From Desulfatiglandales bacterium (lineage in GTDB: Bacteria; Desulfobacterota; DSM-4660; Desulfatiglandales; HGW-15), in assembly GCA_963667015.2 (NCBI GenBank), contig CAXXJJ010000004.1, positions 3,712,001-3,776,000 on the forward strand: DNA of 64,000 bases, given 5' to 3'. How positions within the stretch are numbered: the stretch's first letter is position 1; the number at the start of each line of letters is the position of its first letter. Shown one piece after another: positions 46,507 through 56,868 of this stretch. The notes under the pieces were generated by a model, which had not been told where the DNA came from, made no database searches, and saw nothing but the letters and a program-made list of their open reading frames with translations. Both the position numbers and the translations under genes were made by a program.

Positions 46507-49050
46507 ATGAAAAAACCTGAAAAAACATCAGTCTTACTTGGAACATTTGCCGGTGTCTTTACCCCGAGTGTACTTACTATCCTGGGCATTATTCTCTTCC
46601 TCAGGCTGGGATATGTTGTAGGAAGTGCAGGCCTGGGAAAGGCCCTTGTAATAATAGGAATATCCAATACCATTTCAGTCCTTACAAGTTTTTCGCTTGC
46701 GGCCATAGCAACAAACCTGAAAGTAAAAGGAGGCGGAGACTATTATCTTATCTCCCGGACACTTGGTCTTGAATTCGGAGGTGCTATAGGCATTGTCCTG
46801 TATCTTGCCCAATCCATATCAATCGCCTTTTACTGCATAGGTTTCGGTGAAGCAATCACATCCATGCTGCCTGAAATCCATCATCGCCTGCCGCAGATTA
46901 TTGCAGTACTCGCAGTATCTTTCCTGTTTATCTTCGCCTGGCTCGGAGCTGACTGGGCCACCCGTTTTCAGTATGTTGTCATGACAATCCTCGGGCTTGC
47001 CCTTGTATCCTTTATAGCCGGCGGATTTATAAACTGGCATACGGATAATGTTATTTCAAACTGGGCATCTCCCGAAGGAGGCCCGGGATTCTGGGCTGTT
47101 TTTGCAATATTTTTTCCGGCGGTGACCGGTTTTACACAGGGAGTAAGCATGTCAGGAGACCTGAAAGATCCTGGAAAGAGTCTCCCCCTGGGTACATTCA
47201 TGGCGGTCGGAATATCAATAATTGTATATTTTGGAAGTGCTGTACTTTTTTCAGGATCTTTTTCAAACGATATTCTATCTGCCGACTATGAATCCATGAA
47301 TAAAATATCTGTATGGGGTTTTCTTATTAACGCCGGCGTTATCGCGGCAACACTTTCCTCTGCAATGGCATCATTTCTGGGGGCCCCCCGTATTCTTCAA
47401 TCCCTTTCCAGTGACAGGATATTCCCCTTTCTTCTTCCCTTTGCAAAGGGTTTTGGGCCGGCAGACAATCCCAGGCGGGGTGTACTGCTTTCAGCTGGAA
47501 TAGCCTACCTTACAATAGGACTGGGAAACCTGAACATTATAGCCCCTATAGTATCCATGTTTTTCCTTATATCATACGGCCTCCTAAACTATGCGACATA
47601 CTATGAGGCCAGTTCATCCAGTCCCTCATTCCGCCCAACATTCAGATGGTATGATTACAGGATCAGCCTTGCCGGATTTATTGCATGTCTTGGAGTTATG
47701 CTGGCAATAGATCTGACTGCAGGGGCCTTTGCTATTTCTATTCTCTTTGCAGTATACCAGTACCTTAAAAGGGCAGATAAACCGTCAAGATGGGCTGACA
47801 GCCGCCGTTCCCATTATCTTCAAAAAGTCAGGGAAAACCTCATTGCCGCAGCCTCTGAGCCGGAGCATTCCAGGGACTGGCGTCCTCAAATACTTGTTTT
47901 TGCTGAGGATGATCTGCAATGGAAAGAACTTCTCTCATTTTCATCATGGATTGAAGGCGGGAGCGGCCTTACAACTGCCATCAGGATTGTTGAGGGAGAA
48001 GGCCTGAAAATGCTTAAGAAAAAAGAGGCTGCTGAAACAGAATTAACAAGGATGATCGCGGACAACAATTTAAAGGCCTTTCCCCTGGTAATGACGGCTT
48101 CAAATATAAAGACAGGTATCACCTCCCTGGTACAGGCATTCGGCGTCGGCCCTGTAAAGGCGAATACTATTCTTTTTAACTGGAAGGATACAACCCGCAG
48201 GGGGATGCCTGGAATAGAAGAATTGAAATACATGAATAATTTAAAGGCTGCCTTTCGCTTTGGCCTTAATCTTATTATCCTTGACGGAAAGGATTCCTGC
48301 TGGCCTGCTATCAGAGACATTCCATCCGGTAAAAGGCGGATAGATATCTGGTGGCAGGATAATGCAACAGGCCGGTTGATGCTTCTCCTGGCCTACCTGA
48401 TGACCAGGAATGAATCCTGGGAAGATTCAAGGATAAGGGTTTTATCTGTTCAGAATCAGAGAGGACAGGAGGACACAGCCATTGATGATCTAAAAAAAAT
48501 CCTTGAAGAAGCACGTATTATTGCAGAACCTGAAATAGTTGACAATGCCGATCTTGAGTCAATAATAGATATATCAGGTGACTCCTCTGTTGTTTTTATT
48601 CCGTTTAAATTAAGCGGCAGCAGGATATTGTCATTTATAGATACTCCTATAGATGATCTTATAGATAAACTACCTATAGTATCAATGGTCCTGGCTGGTA
48701 AAGATATTGATCTGGATTCAGAACCGGAAACAGGGATACAGGGAGAATCAGCCGAAGCATTAGATAAACTGTCTGAAGCGGAAAAAAGAGTGATAGAGAC
48801 AGAAGAAAGAAAGTTGCTGGCGGAAAAGGAGGCCGAACAAAAAAAAGAAGAACTTGAAGCCGCTGTAAGCCAGGGCTCTGACGAAGATGAAATAGATAAG
48901 AAAGAAAAAGAGGTTATAAGGGCGGTTAAGGAAGCGGAAGGGGCCTCAAGGCGTGAGGCAAAGGCTACAGCAAAGCTTGAAGAAGCCTTAAAGGATGCCG
49001 AAGCCCTGGGCATAAAGACTGATGATAAAAATAGTAAGCCAACAGAATGA
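46507..49050 (+). CDS. Cation-chloride cotransporter (SLC12-like) family permease with coiled-coil tail
   Basis: GVFTPSVLTILGIILFLR, GGGDYYLISRTLG, FFPAVTG, SGDLKDP, WRPQIL, IDIWW. Confidence 0.9.
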   Translation: MKKPEKTSVLLGTFAGVFTPSVLTILGIILFLRLGYVVGSAGLGKALVIIGISNTISVLTSFSLAAIATNLKVKGGGDYYLISRTLGLEFGGAIGIVLYLAQSISIAFYCIGFGEAITSMLPEIHHRLPQIIAVLAVSFLFIFAWLGADWATRFQYVVMTILGLALVSFIAGGFINWHTDNVISNWASPEGGPGFWAVFAIFFPAVTGFTQGVSMSGDLKDPGKSLPLGTFMAVGISIIVYFGSAVLFSGSFSNDILSADYESMNKISVWGFLINAGVIAATLSSAMASFLGAPRILQSLSSDRIFPFLLPFAKGFGPADNPRRGVLLSAGIAYLTIGLGNLNIIAPIVSMFFLISYGLLNYATYYEASSSSPSFRPTFRWYDYRISLAGFIACLGVMLAIDLTAGAFAISILFAVYQYLKRADKPSRWADSRRSHYLQKVRENLIAAASEPEHSRDWRPQILVFAEDDLQWKELLSFSSWIEGGSGLTTAIRIVEGEGLKMLKKKEAAETELTRMIADNNLKAFPLVMTASNIKTGITSLVQAFGVGPVKANTILFNWKDTTRRGMPGIEELKYMNNLKAAFRFGLNLIILDGKDSCWPAIRDIPSGKRRIDIWWQDNATGRLMLLLAYLMTRNESWEDSRIRVLSVQNQRGQEDTAIDDLKKILEEARIIAEPEIVDNADLESIIDISGDSSVVFIPFKLSGSRILSFIDTPIDDLIDKLPIVSMVLAGKDIDLDSEPETGIQGESAEALDKLSEAEKRVIETEERKLLAEKEAEQKKEELEAAVSQGSDEDEIDKKEKEVIRAVKEAEGASRREAKATAKLEEALKDAEALGIKTDDKNSKPTE

Positions 49051-49079
49051 TAATGGACCTTAAGATATAACCTGAAAAA

Positions 49080-51293
49080 ATGACTGTTAACAAATCAAAT
49101 AAACTCGGTACATTCGGGGGAGTTTTCACTCCATCCATACTCACAATCCTCGGCGTTATTATGTTTATGCGCGCCGGATATGTAATTGGTGAGGCAGGCA
49201 TTATACAGACACTGCTGATCCTGATAATAGCCAAGACCATTACAACCCTTACAAGTCTTTCCATATCCGCGGTATCCACCAATACACCTGTTTCCGGAGG
49301 CGGGGCATATTTTCTTATCTCCCGCGCATTGGGGCCTGAATTTGGAGGGGCAATCGGTATTGCACTCTTTCTGGCACAGGCCATTTCCGTGCCATTTTAT
49401 ATTCTTGGTTTTTCCGAAGCACTTGTCCGTGCGTTCCCGGGTGCCGGGCCTCATTTCCTGAACATAGCACTGCTCACTACAGCTGCATTGTTTTTAATAT
49501 CCTTTACAGGTGCAAAGGTAGCCATAAAAACACAATACCTGATAATGGCCGTACTTGCGCTTTCAATAATAATCTTCATGTGCGGCTCCATTGCGCGTTT
49601 CAGCATAGATATTTTTTCTGCAAACCTTGGATCAGAATACACCTCTGATAACCTCTCCTTCTGGGTAGTTTTTGCCATATATTTTCCTGCGGTAACTGGA
49701 ATCATGTCCGGGGTAAACATGTCAGGAGACCTTAAGAATCCAGGTAAATCTATACCTGCCGGAACCTTTGCAGCGGTATTTACAGGCCTTTTAATATACG
49801 GGCTCCAGATCTTCATTATAGGAGGGGCACAAACCCGTACTCAACTGCTCAACGCATCCTTTGAAACCATGGGTGAACAGGCTGTGTTCGGGCTTGGTAT
49901 TCTTGTTACCGCAGGGGTATTTGCGGCAACACTATCAAGCGGACTTGGATCTTTTCTGGGTGCGCCCAGGGTGCTTCAGGCTGTAGCCAGAGACAATGTT
50001 GTCCCCCTTACCGGGATTTTTCGAAAGGGCTCCCCAAGGGGGGATGAGCCCTACCGCGCTCTTTCTTTTACGCTTATAATAACCTTTATAATTATCTTCT
50101 GGGCCGGGAACAACTCCGAGGGAGGTGCATTTAACATAATCGCTTCAGTTGTTACCATGTTTTTCTTATATACATACGGGATGATAAATATAGCTGCATT
50201 TGTAGAGTCCTTTGCAGGCAACCCCTCCTTCAGACCAAGATTCAAATACTATCACTGGCTTCCGGCCCTGGCAGGAGGCGCCGGATGTATTGTAACGGCT
50301 TTTCTCATAGATCCATGGGCAGCAGCCATTGCTGCGGTCATAATAATTGTTTTTTATTTTTTCCTTAGAAGACGCGTGCTCAGGGTTCATTTCGGTGATG
50401 CGCGCTGGGGATTTATTTATTCAAGGCTTAGAAGCAACCTGCTTAAACTCGCCAAAACACCCATTAACCCTAAAAACTGGAGACCCTCAATTCTTGTGCT
50501 TACCGGTGACCCGGAGGCACATCTTACAAAAAGCATGTATGCACTCTGGATAGGTTCGGAACGAGGTCTTGTAACACTGGTGCGTGTCCTCACAGGAGAT
50601 ATCCTTGAGCTTTCTGTTCACCGCCAGACAGCCAAAGAACAGTTGAGACGGTTTATAATGGATAATGACTTTGAGGCCCTTTCAACAGTTGTAGTATCGC
50701 AAAACCTAGATGAAGGTCTTTCAGCTATTATTCAGGGCCATTCCATTGGTCCTCTTCAGCCGAATGTAATATTTATGGGATGGGCCTCAGATGAGGAGAG
50801 ATCTCTTCCCTTTGTAAGGCACCTCATGTCTGCACAATCCCTGGGTATGAGTATAATACTTGTTAAAGATAACGGGCTTCCGGATAAAACAAAACAGCGA
50901 AGGATCGATATCTGGTGGAGGGGCAAGGAAAACGGATCTTTGATGACCATTGCATCCCACCTCCTGACCCTTAACTATGAATGGTCAGGCGTAAATATCC
51001 GCGTTTTAAGAATGATACAGAATGAAGAAGGGCGAGAACCCGCTACCAATGCCCTTAAAGAGATGGTGGATGCAGCAAGGATAGATGCTCAGGTACAGGT
51101 TATTGTTTCTCAGTCACCATTTGCAGAGGTACTGCACAGGCATTCTTCCGACGCATCAGTAGTCTTTCTGGGATTCATTGTCCCCAAAGAAGAAGATGCC
51201 GGGTTATTCCAGGCTCAATATGAAGGAATGCTGTCAGGTCTGCCCACTACTCTTCTGTTCTGTTCTTCTGGAGAAGCTGATTTGATGGCATAA
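49080..51293 (+). CDS. Second cation-chloride cotransporter (SLC12-like) family permease
   Basis: GVFTPSILTILGVIMFMR, YFPAVTG, SGDLKNP, NWRPSIL, IDIWW. Confidence 0.9.
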   Translation: MTVNKSNKLGTFGGVFTPSILTILGVIMFMRAGYVIGEAGIIQTLLILIIAKTITTLTSLSISAVSTNTPVSGGGAYFLISRALGPEFGGAIGIALFLAQAISVPFYILGFSEALVRAFPGAGPHFLNIALLTTAALFLISFTGAKVAIKTQYLIMAVLALSIIIFMCGSIARFSIDIFSANLGSEYTSDNLSFWVVFAIYFPAVTGIMSGVNMSGDLKNPGKSIPAGTFAAVFTGLLIYGLQIFIIGGAQTRTQLLNASFETMGEQAVFGLGILVTAGVFAATLSSGLGSFLGAPRVLQAVARDNVVPLTGIFRKGSPRGDEPYRALSFTLIITFIIIFWAGNNSEGGAFNIIASVVTMFFLYTYGMINIAAFVESFAGNPSFRPRFKYYHWLPALAGGAGCIVTAFLIDPWAAAIAAVIIIVFYFFLRRRVLRVHFGDARWGFIYSRLRSNLLKLAKTPINPKNWRPSILVLTGDPEAHLTKSMYALWIGSERGLVTLVRVLTGDILELSVHRQTAKEQLRRFIMDNDFEALSTVVVSQNLDEGLSAIIQGHSIGPLQPNVIFMGWASDEERSLPFVRHLMSAQSLGMSIILVKDNGLPDKTKQRRIDIWWRGKENGSLMTIASHLLTLNYEWSGVNIRVLRMIQNEEGREPATNALKEMVDAARIDAQVQVIVSQSPFAEVLHRHSSDASVVFLGFIVPKEEDAGLFQAQYEGMLSGLPTTLLFCSSGEADLMA

Positions 51294-51300
51294 AGACTTT

Positions 51301-51409
51301 TCTCTCGCCCGCTGCGCTAGAGCCCGCAGAGGCCACAGAGAGAAACATAAGCGTTTAAATTTAAAAAAAGAACGTTTTTCTCTGCGTTCTCTGTGAGCTC
51401 TGCGAGAGA
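51301..51409. repeat. Inverted repeat of CGCAGAG/CACAGAG units
   Basis: TCTCTCGC...CGCAGAGGCCACAGAG / CTCTGCGTTCTCTGTGAGCTCTGCGAGAGA. Confidence 0.7.
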
Positions 51410-51455
51410 CCGGATTAATTGTTTTTAACTTTTTATTTCAAAAAAGGTGAAATTT

Positions 51456-52799
51456 ATGAAATTTATAATAATCGGTGGTGATGCAGCAGGCATGAGTGCG
51501 GCCAGCCGTGCAAAGAGAAACAATCCTGACATGGAAGTAATTGTGCTTGAACAGACAAATGATGTTTCATACAGTGCATGCGGCATGCCCTATAACATAG
51601 CAGACCCTGGGCGGGAGATGAACGACCTGGTAGTAAGAAAGGCTGAGATATTTCGCAATAAGCAGGGAATCGATTTAAGAACAGGGCACATGGTAACAGG
51701 CATTGATCCCTTAAAAAAAATAGTCCTGTTCAATAATGCCGAAGGTGTAGAATCAGACCTGGAATATGACAAACTATTGATAGCTACCGGTGCGTCACCG
51801 GTAATCCCCGACATTCCCGGCATAGATCTGCCGGGTGTACTTCCCCTTAAAAGCCTTGAACAGGGCAGAAAGATCAAGCAGTTTATCCATGATAATAAGG
51901 TAAAAAGCGCTGTCATTATAGGCATGGGGTATATTGCCCTGGAGATGTGCGAGGCCTTGAGGGCAAATGATATTGATGTTGCAATGGTTAAACCCAGGGC
52001 AAACTTTATCCCATGGATGAATGATGAACTGTCAGACATGGTAAGGGCAGAGGTAGAAAAAAATAATGTAAAGCTTTATGCCGGGCATGAGATTGAAAAA
52101 ATACAGCAGTCTGAAAGCAGATTGACAGTAAAATGCAAAGGGATTGATCTTGACTGTGACATGGTAATCTGCGCAATAGGTGTAAATCCAAACAGTACAC
52201 TGGCCAAAGAAGCTGGATTGGAACTCGGCATAAAAAAATCTAGTTTCGGTTGATAGAAAACTCTGTGAACCTCAAACGAGCATATCTATGCGGCCGGGGA
52301 CTGTGCCGACGCCTATCACGTTGTTACAGGAAAAAAAACCTACATTCCACTTGCCCTCCGGGCAAACAGGGCCGGATGGGCGGTTGCCGATAATGTTACC
52401 GGGGGCAGCGCCGAGCCCGAAGGGGTTGCCGGTACAGCGGTATTCAAGGTATTTGATATGCATATCGCACGCACAGGTCTTGATTTGAACGAATCAAAAA
52501 AAGCAGGTTTCGAACCGGTTGATGTCGTAATAACAACCCGCAGCCGTGCCCACTCCTATCCGGGGAGTGCGGATATCAAGGTTCATATGATTGGAGATAA
52601 AAAGAGCGGAAGGCTCCTGGGTGTGCAGATGACAGGAACAGACGGTGTTGCCCACAGGGTTAACGCCCCGGCAGTAGCCCTTCACAATAAAATGACTGTT
52701 GATGCATTCAGTCAGTGCGACCTGGCCTACGCACCGCCCTTTGGACCGGTATGGGACCCTGTATTAACTGCGGCAGTTCAATTATTAAAGAAAATGTGA
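51456..52799 (+). pseudogene. CoA-disulfide reductase / NADH oxidase family gene disrupted at ~52243-52268
   Basis: GGDAAG, SYSACG, ATGA, IYAAGDC, YAPPF motifs all in one frame, with three stops (TGA, TAG, TGA) in a short shifted segment. Confidence 0.88.
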
Positions 52800-52840
52800 T
52801 GATCTTTTAAAGGTATTTTTTATGAAACCAGAGGGATAAA

Positions 52841-53080
52841 TTGGATAATGAAAATTACGATATTATAATACTGGGAAGCGGTCTTGATATCGAGTTCGAC
52901 AGCGAAACAATGAGATACATACAGACCAATAAAAAGCAGGAGACCAATATACCGGGTATACATGCCGCCTGAGACATCTGCGGCCCCCCATGGCAGGTGG
53001 CAAAGGCTGTAGGAGAAGGATGTATAGCTGGCCTGGAAGCAGCCGCCTGGGTAAAAAGAAACAGAGATAAGATAAATTAG
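52841..53080 (+). pseudogene. Thioredoxin reductase-like remnant (N- and C-termini joined in frame)
   Basis: YDIIILGSG joined to IQTNKKQETNIPGIHAA*DICGPPWQVAKAVGEGCIAG; TGA at 52970 replaces Gly of AAGD. Confidence 0.8.
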
Positions 53081-53223
53081 GCTCCCTCCGGATCCTTCAG
53101 GGGAGCCTGGTCCTTCCGGAATGAGGAATATATCTTTTTATAAATCTCATTCAACCAGGGTTCGCTCTTTCTTTTTCATTAGTTCCAGAATCCTTCATCT
53201 GCTCCTGTAAATGTTTTCTGAAA

Positions 53224-54075
53224 TCATGCATAGGTCTCCATAATCTCCGCCAGGCCGGATCGATTTACATTTCTGCCGGCCAGAGGACCCTCCTTTAACA
53301 GTGGAAATTTTTCTTCAAATGACGGCCTGCTGTTTTTGTATAATACACCTATGGGAATCTCATCTCCCCATATCTGTGATTTTGCCATTGCACCCCGCCA
53401 GTCGGAAGGATCATATTCCGGTGATATCTTCCTGCATCTTTCCTTGTACCACTTGAATGTGTTTATATGATTGAATGAAACGCATGGCTGCAGTATATCC
53501 ACAAGAGAAAAGCCTTTATGATTCATGGCCTCGGTTATTGTCTTTACCAGGTGATCCTTCATTCCGACAAAGGATCTTGCCACAAAACCTGCATACAGCG
53601 CAACGGCAGTTGCCATAGGGTTAAAGGCCTCGGATATTACCCCGCCCGGTTGTGTGGTCGTAACAAAACCTCTGTCCGAAGTCGGGCTGGCCTGCCCCTT
53701 GGTCAGGCCGTAAATCTGATTATTGTGTACCAGCACAGTGATATCGATATTGCGCCGTATGGCGGCAATAAAATGATTCCCTCCCTCACCATACATGCAT
53801 CCGTCACCACTCTCTGCAATTACAACAAGTTCAGGATTTGCCAGTTTTGCACCCGTGGCTGCCGGAAGCGCCCGGCCATGAAGACCGTTAAACATATTTG
53901 TATTGAGGTAGTGGGGCGCCTTTGCAGCCTGACCTATCCCCGAGACAAAAAGCACCTCATGGGGTTCAAGGTCCTGTCCTGCCAGGGCTTCCTTTACAGC
54001 CTCCAGTAAATTGAAGTTACCACAGCCGGGACACCATGCTGTTTCATAATCTCCATAATCTTTTATATCGACCAT
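53224..54075 (-). CDS. korB: 2-oxoacid:ferredoxin oxidoreductase beta subunit
   Basis: WCPGCG, LHGRALP, GDG, NNQIYGLTKGQASPT, QPCVSFN. Confidence 0.93.
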   Translation of the reverse strand: MVDIKDYGDYETAWCPGCGNFNLLEAVKEALAGQDLEPHEVLFVSGIGQAAKAPHYLNTNMFNGLHGRALPAATGAKLANPELVVIAESGDGCMYGEGGNHFIAAIRRNIDITVLVHNNQIYGLTKGQASPTSDRGFVTTTQPGGVISEAFNPMATAVALYAGFVARSFVGMKDHLVKTITEAMNHKGFSLVDILQPCVSFNHINTFKWYKERCRKISPEYDPSDWRGAMAKSQIWGDEIPIGVLYKNSRPSFEEKFPLLKEGPLAGRNVNRSGLAEIMETYA

Positions 54076-54078
54076 GTG

Positions 54079-55761
54079 TTAATCCTTTCCTTTAAGTATC
54101 TTTTCCATAATAAACTCAGGGGTCATGGGAAGCCCGTCATATCTGGATATCCTGTCTTCAATCACAAACCCGCTTTCCATCCTTATTAACTGTGCAAGCT
54201 GGCCAGTGGCGTTTCCTTCCACCGCTATCACCCTATGGGCCTTTTCAAGGTATTTGAGAAAATTATCCGGGTACAGGGGCCATACCTGTGAAAAGTGAAG
54301 AGAGGCTGTTTTTTTACCTTCAGACTTGAGCCGTTCCGCGGCCTCCTCAACCGCACCCTTTGCAGAGCCCCAGCACACAAAGAGTATATCCGGGTTTTTG
54401 CTTCCTTTGTATTCAGGCAGAATAGATTCATCCTTCAGCATTTCTCCCTTCTTCAATCTCTTTTCAACCATTTTCGGTCTCAGAGTAAGATCTTCGGTCA
54501 TATGCCCGATTTCTGTATGTTCATGGCTGTCACCCACAACAAGCTGTCTTGAATGCCCGGGTAGCAGGCGAGGGGATATGCCGTTTTCCGTGATCCTGTA
54601 TCTGTGATATGGAACCGGTACTTCCGACGGATCGGCCCCTGCTTTTATGAATGGCAGTTCACTGATATTAAATGTATCCAGGTCCTGAAATGATTCTGCT
54701 ATATACTGGTCAGTAAGTATAATAACAGGAACCTGATATCTCTCTGTTACAAAGGAGGCCTTTCTTGCCAGGTGAAAACATTCCTCAACATTTCCGGGGC
54801 TGTAGATCACCCTTGGGAATTCCCCGTGGCCCGAATGAAGGGCCAGCCACAGGTCGCCCTGTTCGGTGCGGGTGGCAAGACCGGTACCCGGTCCGGGTCG
54901 CTGGGCAATCACTATTACAACCGGTGTTTCGCTGATACCCGAAAGACTCAGGCCTTCTGTCATCAGGGCAAACCCTCCTCCGGATGTAGGTACAATGGAG
55001 GGCGCCCCGGCATATGAGGCCCCGAGAGCCATATTTATTGCCGCTATTTCGTCTTCTACCTGCTCAATTATCAGCCCCATTTTTTCCGAATGATTTATCA
55101 GCGTCTGGGCTATTGATGTTGCGGGGCTCATGGGATAAAAGGAACAGAACTTGATGCCGCCGGAGATTGCACCAAGGGCTATAGCCTCATGTCCTGTGAG
55201 AATCCATTTGTTTTGAGGTTTTTTGATGCCTGAGAGCGGCTTAAATTCATACTCCTTTTCTTCCAGCCATCTGTAGGCAGCGCCAAGGACCCTCTTGTTT
55301 TCTTCGGTAATGCCGGATTTCATTGTGTCGTCTATTACCTTCTCCATTTTCTCCTGTTCCAGGCCAATAAGACCTGCTGCGATGCCTGAGGCAGCAGTAT
55401 TCCAGTAAAGCTTTTCTCCGAACATTTTAAAGGGAATCCCCATCCAGCGATCATCATCTATATTCCATTCTTCATTCCCAATGACCAGGGCATTGTCTGT
55501 GAGCTGCTCCTGGTGAATATGAAAACTTTCTTCATTCATGCAGATAAGGAGATCTATCTGTTCACAGGGCGCTGATATCTTTTCCTTTCCTGCCCGGATT
55601 GCAAATATGTTGTGTCCCCCCCTGACCCTTGATTCATAGGTCTGTGTAACATGAACCGAATATCCCTTTCGGACCAGACATCTGGCAAGCATAGGACCTG
55701 CGGTCTGGAGGCCCTGCCCTGCTTCGCCTCCGAACATTATGTTTATTATCTGTTCAGTCAT
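54079..55761 (-). CDS. korA: 2-oxoacid:ferredoxin oxidoreductase alpha subunit
   Basis: GGEAGQG, RGGHN, YPMSPA, EDEIAA, TSGGG, QRPGPGTG, TEQGD. Confidence 0.93.
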   Translation of the reverse strand: MTEQIINIMFGGEAGQGLQTAGPMLARCLVRKGYSVHVTQTYESRVRGGHNIFAIRAGKEKISAPCEQIDLLICMNEESFHIHQEQLTDNALVIGNEEWNIDDDRWMGIPFKMFGEKLYWNTAASGIAAGLIGLEQEKMEKVIDDTMKSGITEENKRVLGAAYRWLEEKEYEFKPLSGIKKPQNKWILTGHEAIALGAISGGIKFCSFYPMSPATSIAQTLINHSEKMGLIIEQVEDEIAAINMALGASYAGAPSIVPTSGGGFALMTEGLSLSGISETPVVIVIAQRPGPGTGLATRTEQGDLWLALHSGHGEFPRVIYSPGNVEECFHLARKASFVTERYQVPVIILTDQYIAESFQDLDTFNISELPFIKAGADPSEVPVPYHRYRITENGISPRLLPGHSRQLVVGDSHEHTEIGHMTEDLTLRPKMVEKRLKKGEMLKDESILPEYKGSKNPDILFVCWGSAKGAVEEAAERLKSEGKKTASLHFSQVWPLYPDNFLKYLEKAHRVIAVEGNATGQLAQLIRMESGFVIEDRISRYDGLPMTPEFIMEKILKGKD

Positions 55762-55867
55762 TCCGGCTTTCTCCGATAAAGGTTTTTTTCAGGTATTCCT
55801 TTAGGACTTCCATAGTGCAGGCTCCAGTGGAACCAACCATACCACTTCCGGCTATCCCTATTTTCAT
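55754..55867 (-). pseudogene. L-lactate/malate dehydrogenase remnant (N- and C-termini joined in frame, 37 aa)
   Basis: MKIGIAGSGMVGSTGACTM + EVLKEYLKK...; RBS GAGG; stop overlaps the korA start. Confidence 0.65.
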
Positions 55868-55895
55868 TTTATCCTCATTCCGACACAACCTGTGA

Positions 55896-56213
55896 TTAAT
55901 CTTCATCTCTTCCCTTCCGATATCCGCGCTCAAATTCGGATTTGGCTTCAGCCAGGCTGGCCTTTAAAACTTCCCAGGAATTTTCAAGCCCCTGCTTCAG
56001 ATCCTCCCAGGGGGAGTCTACTGCCTTTTGAAGCTCTGCAATACTGTCCTCCACGCCTTTTCGTCTTTCCCGCAAACTCTCAAGCTGTTTGTAATACCTG
56101 ATTTTAGCTTCAGGGCCTACACTGTTTATCTCTTCTGCCAATCCGTCTATCTCGGCATTCAGTTCATTTATTCTGTTTTTTAATTTCTGCACATAGGTGT
56201 CACGAATGCTCAT
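55896..56213 (-). CDS. Coiled-coil hypothetical protein
   Basis: RDTYVQKLK...LNAEIDGL...WEDLKQGLENSW; RBS GAGG. Confidence 0.75.
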   Translation of the reverse strand: MSIRDTYVQKLKNRINELNAEIDGLAEEINSVGPEAKIRYYKQLESLRERRKGVEDSIAELQKAVDSPWEDLKQGLENSWEVLKASLAEAKSEFERGYRKGRDED

Positions 56214-56458
56214 TTCATATCCTCTAAAAATTCTCTGTGATAAATAGTAATTATAATCAAAACACACATTAAAGTTTATAGGGTCTAACATGTATACTGA
56301 TACCGGGCCGGAAATTTCTCATGTCATGAGGGTTTTTAGTATTTTTTTCAGGAAATACACAAAAATGGAGAATAACTGGGGTATATAACCTATTAAAAAT
56401 TAAGCCGAGCAGTTACATACTTATGTATACAGATAAAATATAATTGAAAGGAAAAACA

Positions 56459-56783
56459 ATGCTCAGGAGTCACCATGAATTAAAAAACTATACTATCTCG
56501 GCCAGTGACGGAAAGATAGGGCACTGCCGGGACTTTCTTTTTGATGATGAATACTGGACTGTTCGTTATATGGCCGATACCGGCACGTGGCTCCCGCGGA
56601 AAAAAGGTACTGGTGTCTCCCGGATGGATCTTTAAAATAGACTGGATCTATGCAGATGCAGAGGTCAACCTGACCGTTAATGCCATCAAAAAGGCTCCTG
56701 AATTTGATCCTTCGGAGCCTGTCAACAGGGAATATGAAACCCAGCTCTATGATTTTTATGGGCGGCCCAAATACTGGGAATAG
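56459..56783 (+). pseudogene. PRC-barrel domain protein, frameshifted and probably internally deleted
   Basis: ASDGKIGH.RDFLFDDEYWTVRY..DTG.WLP then, in another frame, KKVLVSP.WI..IDW...APEFDP...YDFYGRPKYW. Confidence 0.8.
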
Positions 56784-56831
56784 AATGAAAGCTGATCTTT
56801 TAGATGAGCAGATTGTGCCCAACCGGTATGT

Positions 56832-56862
56832 TTATCAAGGGCAAATATCCTGCCCTTGATAA
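56832..56862. terminator. Hairpin between convergent genes
   Basis: TTATCAAGGGCA ... TGCCCTTGATAA. Confidence 0.6.
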
Positions 56863-56868
56863 AATTGT

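Noticed and set aside
52970..52972. TGA in the TrxB remnant as selenocysteine
   Set aside because: It replaces Gly in AAGD (GGA to TGA), not a Cys, in an already deleted gene.
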